NCBI RefSeq assembly: GCF_048593235.1
Contig: NC_133617.1
Coordinates: 368,160,067-368,224,066 of the forward strand
DNA: 64,000 nt
Reading direction: 5' to 3'
From: Sminthopsis crassicaudata
Taxonomy: Eukaryota
Position numbers and translations under genes: made by a program. Position 1 is the stretch's first letter. Every line of letters begins with the position of its first letter. Below, in pieces: positions 1 to 10,115 of this stretch. Below the pieces are notes generated by a model. It was not told the DNA's origin and did not search any database. It saw only the letters and a list, made by a program, of their open reading frames with translations.

Positions 1-419
1 TTAAATCTGACTTTATTTTTTTGGCAAGTGTTTTGTAATTTTTCTCATATAATACCTGACTTCTTTGGTAGATGGATTCCCAAATACTTTATACTCTCAA
101 CCTTTGTTTGGAATGGAATTTCTCTTTGTATCTCTTGCTGTTGCATTTTGTTGGTGATGTATAAAAATGCTGAGGATTTATGTGGATTTATTTTGTATCC
201 TGCCACTTTGCTGAAATTTTGAATTATTTCTAGTAGCTTTTTAGCAGAGTCTTTGGGGTTCTCTAAGTATACCATCATGTCATCTGCAAAGAGTGATAGT
301 TTAATTTCCTCATTTCCTACTCTAATTCCTTGAATCTCTTTCTCGGCTCTTATTGCCGAGGCTAGCGTTTCTAGTACTATATTGAATAGTAATGATAGTG
401 GGCAACCTTGTTTCACTCA
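1..419 (-). mobile_element. LINE-1 ORF2 reverse-transcriptase fragment, 5'-truncated near 419, continues off the left edge
   Basis: ORF 45-416 reads [15 protein letters not shown]...[15 protein letters not shown]...YKINPHKS...IKYLGI, the L1 RT core including the FADD motif. A frameshift near 60 ends the frame. Confidence 0.97.
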
Positions 420-782
420 GAATGATCATTTTAAAAGGAACACAGTTTCATTACCCCTTCAGTCTGTCTTAATTTTCTTATCTGTAAAGTGAAGCTAAAG
501 ACACCTATCTTCCAGTTGTTGTGAGGATTAAATGAAATATTTATGAAGTTCTTTTCAAACCTCAAAGCACTATAAATGCTATTGTTATTGTTATCATTGT
601 TATTATTATTATAGAATAGCCTTTAGTTCTATGTAGCTCCAAGGTCTTCTGCCATGATGGTGCCAATGATCATGACAGATGGCCTGTGAAATGATACTAA
701 GAATCACTGTTTTTAGACCATTATCTTGTTGGCACTCTAAATAAAAAAGCCTTCTTCAACAAATTGATGACATTATACTAAG

Positions 783-968
783 CAGGAGCTCTTAACCTTC
801 AATCCATGAACCTTTAAACATTTTGATCATTGTTTTTCAGCACAATTGGTTTCATTTTAAATCCTAAGTATTTTACCTTTTGCATTAATAGCATTATTCT
901 GAAAAGAGGTTAATGGGCTTCCCCAGATTTCCAAAGGGGTCCAAGATACAAAAGATTAAGAATCACTG
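783..968. mobile_element. hAT/Charlie (MER5-like) non-autonomous DNA transposon
   Basis: Degenerate TIRs CAGGAGCTCTTAACC (783-797) and rc CAGTGATTCTTAATC (954-968), 10/15 match. A related copy lies at ~48977-49125. Confidence 0.6.
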
Positions 969-999
969 AGGAACTGAATCATAAATACTCGCATTCTCA

Positions 1000-1830
1000 C
1001 CATAAGTGAAATCCCACTGCTGATAAACAGAAGCATGGCTGTTGAGCTCTCCTTGGACTATCAAATAAAAGAGCTGGTTTCATTGTGCACCCACAAGCAC
1101 TAATAACATTAATTTATTTGAGCATTTGATCATCGCCCTCACTTGTGGCACTCATGATAAGCAGATGCAAAAAGACCACCCTAAAGATAATTTCACTTTA
1201 TATACTATAATCTATTGCAGGAGATGAGGAGGAAGAAAAATTTTATGAAGCATTCAACAAGATATTCTCAATTAATTCAATAGATAATTTGATTTTCAGT
1301 GATTTTGGTTAAAATAGACAGGGGGAGAATGGTTGGAATATGGAATATATTGGAAAATATGGCTCAGGAAGAAGAAATTTAAAAGGTCAGAGGCTTGTGG
1401 AATACAGAAGTGTCACCTCTACCAAAGACTAATAGTGAATCCTAATACTAAAGTATTTTTCAGGAAGTACTGGAAAGTACCAAGTGTAACCAATAGTGGA
1501 TAATGTAACAAAGGACAGATAAATTGTATCTTACTTTTTAAAAATGACTAATGAATTATTTGGGAATCAATTTCTTTCCATTTCTTTGAGGCAATCAGGA
1601 TTAGATGACTTGCTGGAGATCAAACAACTAGTAAGTTCTGAGGCCAAATTTGAACTTGGGTCTTTGTGATTCCAGGGATATTGCTCTAACCAAAGTACCA
1701 CCTAGCTGTCTCTCATTTTCAAATCAGTTATCTCTACCATAGACTTCTTAAAATAAAGACCCAAATCAACATCAAAAAAGAAAAAAATGAGGAGAAAATA
1801 AGTTATGCTATTAAAACTGCTTCTCTCCAC
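1000..1830 (+). mobile_element. Degraded RTE-clade LINE fragment (AP-endonuclease region), interrupted by a MIR-like SINE at ~1570-1720
   Basis: Remnant translation resembles RTE endonuclease motifs (GFIVHP; GDEEEEKFYEA; GKYGSG.RN..GQRLVEY) with many stops and frameshifts. Confidence 0.65.
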
Positions 1831-2276
1831 AACCCAACTCCCACCTACCTTTTCAGTCTTATTTCATACGACCCACTCCATCCTAGTTAAACTGGCCTAC
1901 TAGTTGTTTTCCTATAGGACAGTCTCTCTCAGCCTCACACCTTTGAACAGGCAGGTCTGCCATACTTGGAATGTCCTGGCTTCCACCTCCACCCCCTGGC
2001 ATCCCTTTCTTACTCATATGCTTCCTTCCTAACACATTTCAAGTGCTACTTCATCCATGAAGTCTTTCAAAATGCCTCTAGTTGTTAACACTCATCCTTT
2101 CAAAATTGTTTTGTGTTATTTTGCATGTGCTTTTGTGTAAGAGCTGGAACTAATTTCTTTGTCTTTACATTCTCACCTCCTAGAATGTGCCGGGCATAGA
2201 ATAAGCTTAATAATTATTTGTTGAGTTTAATGGAACCTGACCTGTTTAATAATAATAAGAGATGACATCTGTATAA

Positions 2277-2535
2277 GGAGAGCTAGGTGACATGGTGGAT
2301 AGAGTGCCAGACCTGGAGTCATAAAGATTCCTCTTTCTGAATTCAAATCCAGCCTCAGACACTTATAAGCTGTGTGACTCTGGACAAGTCACTTAACCCT
2401 GTTTGCCTCAGTTTCCTCATCTGTAAAATATGCTGGAGAAGAAAATAGTAAACCACTACAGTAACTATCAAGAAAATCCCAAATGGGGTCATGAAGAGTT
2501 GATACAACTGAAAAAACAAAAACAAAAAAAAAAAC
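2277..2535 (+). mobile_element. MAR1-type CORE-SINE
   Basis: tRNA-like head, CORE block gctgtgtgactctggacaagtcacttaacc, MAR1-type tail gctggagaagaaaatag...ggggtcatgaagagtt, and an A-rich end. Confidence 0.8.
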
Positions 2536-2577
2536 CACCTTACAACAACATTATTTACATGCCAGGAACTGTGCTAT

Positions 2578-2775
2578 CTTTTTTTTTTCTCTTTTAAAAA
2601 AATTTTAATAATAGTTTTTTTTTCAAAATACATGCAATGATAGTTTTCAACATTCACTTTTGAAAACTTTGTGCTCCAAATTTTTCTCCCTCCCTACCTC
2701 CTCCCCAGACAGCAAATAATCCAATATAAGTTAAATGTGCAATTCTTCTAAACATTATTTTCATATTTATCATAC
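2578..2775 (-). mobile_element. Short L1 3'-UTR insertion inside a MIR-like SINE
   Basis: T-tract followed by the marsupial L1 3'-end motif caaaatacatgc...tttcaacattcac...ctcctccccagacagc. Confidence 0.7.
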
Positions 2776-3261
2776 TTGTGCTAAGTCTTTTCAATTATTA
2801 TTTTATTTGACCCTCACAACAACTCTGGGAGGTAGGAGCTTTATTATTATCCTCATTTTACAGATGAGGGAACAAAGACAAATAAAATAAGGCTCAGGAT
2901 CACATAACTAGTAAGTGCCTGAATTCACATTTGAACTCAGGTTTTCCTGCCACTAGGCTTGCCACTTTATCCACTGCATCTATTGTTTGTGAGTATAGTA
3001 GAAATAAAGACAAAGAGGTCCATTTCTTCTCCCTTAAAACCTGAGTGAATGCCATCTCAGAAAGTAGCTTTCATTACACCCAAAAAGAGGAATCACACAT
3101 ATCTCCTGGAATAATTACACAAACCCTTCTCCCTTTGGTTCTCACTGCTAGGCTGATAGTCTTTTCCTAGGCTAAACAATGATAAAGTGATACAATGAGA
3201 GCAAATACAGATCAATATAGCTGTCAGGTAAATACAGAGAGGATTACTTATTTTTTCTAAA

Positions 3262-3390
3262 TATATATGTTGGGGGGGGGCGGTAAGGGTATGTATGTAT
3301 ATGTATATATAATACATATTGTACATATATATGTATAAATACATATATGAGTGTGTGTGTGTAGGTGGGTGTGGGTGTGTGTGGGGGGGT
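3262..3390. repeat. Compound AT/G/GT low-complexity microsatellite
   Basis: Directly visible G-run, (TA)n/(TATG)n and (GT)n blocks. Confidence 0.85.
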
Positions 3391-3524
3391 GATCTCCAAA
3401 TTCTGATCAGGAAGATTTTTTCCTTAAAGAATTTTATGTTCCTGAATAAAAATTTCTGCTGACATCTCTAAGAGAATGAGCTACGGTCATTTACCATGAC
3501 AATATAAATATGCACTTATTTGAT

Positions 3525-3960
3525 TGCTGAACAAATAATGACATGTGAATGTATGGAATACTATTGGGCCATAAGAAATGATGAAAGGGGAAGTTTCAAA
3601 GAGACCTGGGAAGACTTGTCTGAATTGATTCAAAGAAAAGTAAGCAAAACCAGGAGAATAATTTTTACCACACCAACAACATTGTAAAGGAAAACAACTT
3701 TGGAAGATTTACTTATAACCATGATTCCAGAGGATCTAAGATGAAACATGCTATCCAACTCCTGATTGGGAAGTGATAGATTTAAAGTACATAATGGGAC
3801 ATATGTTTTTGGACATGGGCAATGGGAGAATCTGTTTTGCTTGATTATGCCTATTTGTCACAAAAGACTTCTATTTCTTCTTTTTTTTTTAGTGGGGGAA
3901 AGGGCTTTGGAGAAAAAGAAAATAATTTCTGTTAATTGAAAAAAATCATTAAAAATTTAA
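3525..3960 (+). mobile_element. Old L1 ORF2-end/3'-UTR fragment
   Basis: aacaaataatgacatgtgaatgtatggaatactattg...gagacctgggaagacttgtctgaattgat is the typical L1 ORF2 C-terminal/3'-UTR sequence. Confidence 0.75.
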
Positions 3961-4314
3961 AATATATACAATATGAGACATATAATATGTAATATGATTC
4001 CCAAATAATATAATAATATATAAATGACTACCATTACCTCAAAAACATTCAATTTGAACAAAAATATAGTTTTAAAGACTCTTTTCCTTCCTACACATAT
4101 TAAGATCACATAAGATTCCTTTAGAAATCAAAACAGAGCTAACTTTGATAAATTATCCTTTGATTGTTAATATCAAATGAAGAATAAGACAGGAAGATAT
4201 GTCACTGCTATAAAAGATGTCAGTGAATCAATAGGCATTTATTTATTAAGTATCTACTATAAGCTAGGCATTGGGCTAAGAGTCAGGAATACAAGGAAGG
4301 CAAGAGACATAGTT

Positions 4315-4506
4315 CAGTGATCCTCAAACTTTTTAGATAGGGGGCCAGTTCACTGTCCCTCAGACTGTTGGAGGGTCGGACTATAATAAAAACAAAAACT
4401 CACACTCTGTCTCCACCCCTCAGCCCATTTGCCAAAACCCGGCTGGCCGCATAAACGTCCTCAGCCGGCTGCATCTGGCCCGCAGGCTGTAGTTTGAGAA
4501 CCCCTG
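4315..4506 (+). mobile_element. OC1 (OposCharlie1)-like non-autonomous hAT MITE, 192 bp
   Basis: TIRs CAGTGATCCTCAAACT (4315-4330) and rc CAGGGGTTCTCAAACT (4491-4506), 13/16 match. Internal gggggccagttcactgtccctcagactgttggagggtcggactat matches my recollection of OC1/nhAT MITEs. ATAGTT flanks both ends (4309-4314, 4508-4513). Confidence 0.8.
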
Positions 4507-4589
4507 AATAGTTATTTGTGTGCTACTTCCCCCGTTAGATTGTGAGCTTCTTGAGTCACTGCAGTTGATGGGGGCTGGCAGTCAAACCT

Positions 4590-4960
4590 ATGCTCTAGGA
4601 TGATTAATTTGACAGCTGAGTGGAAAATAAACTAGAGTAGAGCAAGAAGAATAACCAGTCGACCATTACAATAATTTAAGGTATAAAGTGAAGAAGGCTT
4701 GCATCAGGATGCTGGCAATGTCAAGGGAGAAAAAGGGGCATATGTGGAAGATGTGATAAAAATAAAATCAACAGAATTAGAATGGACATGAATGATAAGA
4801 GAACATGAGGAGTCAAGGATGATACCTAGTTCAGGAGGCTAGGTGGCTAGGAGGTTGGTCCTACCTTCAAGAGTATTAGGGAAGTCTGAAAAGATAAGAA
4901 TCCAGAGGGGAAAGTAATAAGTTCAGTCTTAGACATGTTATACTTAAAATGCCTGTAGGA
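4590..4960 (-). mobile_element. L2 fragment
   Basis: Purine-rich antisense L2 pattern (gagtcaaggatgatacctag; gtaataagttcagtcttagacatgtta). The L2 3' end appears at ~4230-4300. Confidence 0.6.
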
Positions 4961-5760
4961 CATTCCAAGGAAATAAGAATCTGAAGCCAAATGTTAGCCC
5001 AATGAACTGGGACTAGAATTCAAAAGGAAGAGCAGCACATACTGCCCTTGGAAAACCATGAAGCACTTTCCAGGACTCCAGCCTTCTCGCTAAAACAAAA
5101 ACAACTATTAATACTAATGGTCTTCCAGTGATGCTTTACAGCTGTGAATCATGAAATGCTACAATCTTCAAAGAATCAAAAAATGTGGTTCACCCAGAAG
5201 GCAAGATATATAATACATATAAATCACTCACAGAATGTCACCAACAAAATACATACATTAATATGCTATCAATAACAAAGAATACAATTATACTATTAAT
5301 ATCAAAAATCTAAACCAATCATGTAGTAACAGCAAGAGATAAATAGATGAATAAGAAGGATAGCCTATGTGCTATGCTAGTTTCCATATAATGTTGAAAC
5401 CTAAAGTAATATCTCTGAACCTTTTGGCCATTCTAGACTTTATGGGAAGTCATGAGAGAATGTGAATAGGCTGTGATCTGCGCCATTCAAAAGAGTCCCC
5501 ATGTCAGTGTGATTAGAAGTCCATTAGAAGTAGTAAAGAATATTTCTCTTTCAAAGAAAATGGTCTTTGGATCAAAGAAGAGAAGACAAAAATGGTCAGT
5601 GGCAAATGGAGTCCAACATAAGGAAGGAAATGGCCAAAGCATCTAATTGCCCTCAACAAGCACAAATGACCAAACCCGAAAGAACTATAAGATAGGATTT
5701 TGAATGAACAGGCATAATTTATTGCTAAACTACAGTCAATGATCTTTGAAAGATTATTGA

Positions 5761-6365
5761 AGATGCCCAAAGAATTGTAAAACTTATGCCCTTTGACCCA
5801 CCAATACTGCTATTGTGTCTGTTTCTCAAGGTGATCAGGGAAAAAGGAAAAGAACCTATATTTTCTAAAATATTTATAATAGCTCTCTTTGTGGTGACAA
5901 AGAACTGGAAGTTGCAGGGACACCCATCAATAGCTGAATAGGTAATAGTATGTGATTATGATGGTGAAGTATTGTAAGAAATGATGAGCTAGTTGATTTT
6001 AGAAAAACATGGAAAGACTTGCATGACATAATGAAGTATGAAATGAATAGAACCAAGCAAATATTGTATACAGTAAGAACAATATTGTTCAAAAAACAAC
6101 TATGGTTGACTAAGTTGTTCTGAGTATTAAAATTACTCAAATAAATTACAAAAAACCCATAAAGGAAGATGCTTTCCATCTTCAGGAAAAAATCTGACAG
6201 ATAGAAACATGGTTTTAAATATGTGTGTATATGTGTGTGTGAATCTGTATCAAATGGTAGCTTCTTCAGTGTGGGATGGGGAGGGAAAGAGGGAGACAAC
6301 TAGAAACTTAGAATGTAACACAAAACTTCAAACTTAACAAAAAATAAATTAAATTTTTTAAAAAG
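5761..6365 (+). mobile_element. L1 3' fragment inserted into the CR1/L3
   Basis: ORF2 C-terminal remnant (cccaaagaattgtaaaacttatgccctttgacccaccaatactgcta) and 3' UTR. Decayed TSD GAAAGATTATTGA (5748-5760) / GAAAGATCATGGA (6366-6378), 11/13. Confidence 0.85.
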
Positions 6366-6816
6366 GAAAGATCATGGAGAATGAGAGATACCACAAAGCA
6401 GAAGGAGGGCAGAAGTTTTCTACTTTTCATAAAAGGGAAAAGGCTAGATAAAGTCCAAAAGCTCTAGATTCTTGAGTTTGATTTCTATTCCTGGTGAAAT
6501 TTTAGAATATATTATCAAATGAATGATTTGTCATCATATAAAATGAAGTAGCTCAGTAAAACACAGCATCATCATAAGATTTACATATTTCCACTTCAGA
6601 AAAACATTTGACAAAATTTTCCCTGCCATGCTTAGGGATAAGGAGAAGAGATTTAGGCTAGAGATTGCCCAATTTGGTGAGTTTGGAACTGGTTGAATAA
6701 TTAAACCTAAAGCATAGTCACCAATGGGAGCCTATCAAATTTGAGGGAAGTTTCTAGTCACTAGTTCTTTACTGATTTTTATCTGAGACTTTGACCAAAG
6801 TAGAAATTCTATGCTT

Positions 6817-6969
6817 GGGGCAGCTAGGTGGCGCAGGGGATAGAGCACCAGCCTTGAATTAAGGAGGACCAGAGTTCAAATCTGGTCTCAGACACTTAAC
6901 ACTTCCTAGCTGTGTGACACTGGGCAAGTCACTTAACCCCAATTACCTCTGCAAAGGAAAAAGAAAGGA
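6817..6969 (+). mobile_element. WSINE1-type young CORE-SINE
   Basis: Pol III A-box (tggcgcagggg) and B-box (gagttcaaatc), CORE block. TSD AGAAATTCTATGCTT (6802-6816) / AGAAATTTTATGCTT (6970-6984). Confidence 0.85.
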
Positions 6970-7502
6970 AGAAATTTTATGCTTGTCAGATTTTCAGATG
7001 ACACAAAAACTGGCAAGATTGCTACCACATAGGAAATCAGAGTTCAAATATGAAAAGCTTGAAAACTAGAATGATGAACTGAACCAAAGAGAATAAAATT
7101 AATAGAAATTATTATAAAGTTCTATATTCATATCTAAAAATTGAACTTCACACTGACAAGATGAGGCAGAAATGGCTAAAGGAATGGTCTTTGTGAAATG
7201 TAATCAGCAGTATGACAAGCAAAACAGCTGATGCCATTTTAAGTTGTAGTGACATGCAGAGTCCAGAATGGGGGAGAGAACAGTACCACTTTACACTCAG
7301 TCTTTGTCAGGACACAGCTGGAGTACTTCACTCAGTTCTGGGAACCGAGTTAAAAAAGATTTAATCAAGCTGGAAAACATGCAAAAGAAAATAACTGAAA
7401 TAGTGAGAGGGTTAGAGAAAAAATCCTGCAAATCTCAACTGAGTGGTGCCCTGGTGCCCTGACTTCCTTTCCTAACCATCTTTCTTAAGATGGTTGGAAT
7501 CC

Positions 7503-7655
7503 GGGGGCAGCTAGATGGCACAGTGGATAGAGCACCAACCTTGAATTCAGGAGGACCCGAGTTCAAATCTGGTCTCAGACACTTAACACTTCCTAGCTGT
7601 GTGACCCTGGGCAAGTCACTTAACCCCAGCCTCAAAAAAAAAAAAAAAAAAAAAA
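7503..7655 (+). mobile_element. WSINE1-type young CORE-SINE with long poly(A)
   Basis: Full head and CORE, A-run 7634-7656, perfect 13-bp TSD ATGGTTGGAATCC (7490-7502 / 7656-7668). Confidence 0.9.
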
Positions 7656-7799
7656 ATGGTTGGAATCCATGAAACAGGATTTCATAGAATCCATGAACCT
7701 AACTCAGACACTTTACTTGCTGCCTGATCTTGGGCTTGCCCTCTTCCGGGTTACCTTTTAAGGGAGGAAAGCAACATATACATTCTGTTTTGGAATGGA

Positions 7800-8075
7800 C
7801 CTGTTCAAAGCAGATGAATTGTTCAGTCATATCTGACTCTTGGTGACCTCATTTGGGATTTTCTTGGCAAAGATACTGGCATAGTTTGCCATTTCCCATT
7901 TCCTTCTTGAACTCATTTTATAGATGAGGAAACTGAGACAAACAAGATTCAAGGACATGCCAAAGGTCACACAGCTAGTAAATGTCTGAGACTAGATTTG
8001 AACTCAGGCTCTCCTAACTCCAGGTCTCTGTCCACTCTACATAAAGTAACTATCCACTGCACTATCAAGCTGCCC
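7800..8075 (-). mobile_element. MAR1-type CORE-SINE
   Basis: Reverse-strand tail (tgactcttggtgacctcatttgggattttcttggcaaagatactgg), CORE and B-box (atttgaactcagg). Confidence 0.75.
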
Positions 8076-8229
8076 CATGAAGATGAGTACCCCCTCTGCC
8101 AGAGTCACAATTTCAATAAGTATCTGAGATGATTTCAATTGAGTGATAAGGTAAAAATCCAGACTTTTGTAAAAAGCTGGGAAGTATGAAGAGAAAAAAT
8201 GGAGAAAATCAATAAATATAGACTTTCAA

Positions 8230-8960
8230 AGAGGAAAAAATGGGAATAAGAATAGAGTAAGAAGAAGGGAGAAGACATTTCAGGAGAGGGAAGAGTCAAA
8301 GATGATTCTGAGATCATGAGTCTGAGTGATTATGGGGATAGTGCTGTCAACAACCAAAATAAGGAATTTGGGAGGAAGAACAGACTCACAGTGGAAATCA
8401 TCAGAGCACAAATTTAGAGCAAGAAGTGACTTGCCCAAATTCACACTTACTAAATGTCTGAGGTAGGATTTGAGTTCAGATCATTCTGACTTCAAGTAAA
8501 GTACCCTATCCCCTGTGCCACTAATTATAAGTTCAGCATTAGATGGGAAGTGTTTGCTGGATCAGCTGTACATCCAAGTCTGGAAATGGTCAGCAGGTAG
8601 TTGGAGATGGGGAAAATAGAGTTCAGGGGAGTGAGTAGATAGCTCAGTGAGGTGGATATATAAATTTGAGAGTCAACTATATAGTGATGATTAGTGAACA
8701 CAAGGACCAGATGAACCCCCCAAATAAGTGTACAGAGAAAAGTAAAGAAGATAGAACTTTGGAAGATAATCATATATGGAAGGTTGGAAGGAGATGAAAA
8801 ACCAACAAAAAAAAATTAAGGAGCAGAGAGATTATCATTATAGCAAAAATTATACAGTGTCATAGACACAAATGGGAAGAGAGGTTACCCTGGAAAAAGG
8901 AGTAGTCTACAGTGTCAAATGTTGCAAAAACCTCAGAAAGTGTGGGAACTGAGAAAAATT
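8230..8960 (-). mobile_element. L2 fragment with a nested MIR-like SINE (~8420-8525)
   Basis: Antisense L2 signature (aagatgattctgagatcatgagtctgagtga; gttcagcattagatgggaag; agtggtc-like tacagtgtcaaatg). Confidence 0.6.
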
Positions 8961-9967
8961 CATCAGGCAGAATTAATATAACCCTAAAACAGCAGTCCTA
9001 ATCAGTTCCTCCCCTTGATGGGGCTAGCTAACTGTTCACACGCTCTTAAGTCATTTCCCTTTTAGCCAAAGCCAAAAATGGTCAGGATGATTTCAGATGC
9101 CCTAATCCTGAAAGAACTCATGCTAATTCCCTAATTATGGAGTTATGGAATGGAAGCAGTTTAGAGTTCTCCACAGGTCTAATTTGTTCACTGAACAAAT
9201 GCAAGTGACTTGTGATTTTAAACAAATGACCCAGAGATCTTGGAACTTTAAAACAATAAGAACTTTTTAAAGATAGAGATTAAGTAATCAACGAATCATT
9301 ATGACAGTACGCTTTTATTAAGTACCTACTATGTGCCAGGTGCTCTTCTAAAAATTGTGGTTACAAAAACAAACAAACAAACAAAAAAAATGAAACTATT
9401 AGGGGAAACAGCATGATTTTTTTAAGTCTACAAAACTATAAAGTAATGGGGTGCAGAGAGGACGGAGAACTGTCATTGGCTGCTGAGAGGATCAGAAAAT
9501 GTTTCATGTAGGAAATGGCACTTATACTGAACATTAAAGAAATTTTAAGAGGCAGAAGTGAAGAGGGAATTCATTTCCATGCAGGGGGGGGGGGGGGACT
9601 TACTGCATGGGCAGAGGCTTGAAATCAAGAATTGAAGTGTAAAATTCCAAGCAAGTAAATTAGTTTGACCGGGCAGTAGAGTGCATGAAGGAGACCAATG
9701 TATAATAAATCTGGAAAGGTAGTTATAAATGATAAATGGAGTAATCCATGTTTAATCTGAGAGACAATAGGGAACAAGAGAAGCTTTTTGAGCAGGAGAG
9801 TGACATGATCAGACTTATACCTAAGGAAAATATCACATTGTCAGTCACTTGGAGAACGGATTAGAGAGGAAGAGATACTAACCCTTGGGGTTTCCAAAGG
9901 GACTGAAGAACTAAGAATCTGAGATTCCTGGATGGGATTATTGTTATATACTCTCTACCTTTCACTG

Positions 9968-10115
9968 NNNNNNNNNNNNNNNNNNNNNNNNNNNNNNNNN
10001 NNNNNNNNNNNNNNNNNNNNNNNNNNNNNNNNNNNNNNNNNNNNNNNNNNNNNNNNNNNNNNNNNNNNNNNNNNNNNNNNNNNNNNNNNNNNNNNNNNNN
10101 NNNNNNNNNNNNNNN
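9968..10115. other. Assembly gap
   Basis: Run of N. Confidence 1.

Larger units (their letters stand above)
5500..7430 (+). mobile_element. CR1/L3 LINE RT fragment hosting nested L1 and WSINE1 insertions
   Basis: Remnant frames LNKHK.PNPKEL..RIL.E.A..IAKLQSMIFER, FHKREKA, FSDDTK and KLENMQKKITEIVRGLE correspond to CR1 RT motifs. Confidence 0.75.

Noticed and set aside
6817-6900. tRNA-like A-box/B-box sequences (also at 7503, 35578, 49523, 58775)
   Set aside because: They are SINE heads followed by CORE sequence and TSDs, and do not form complete tRNA cloverleaves.
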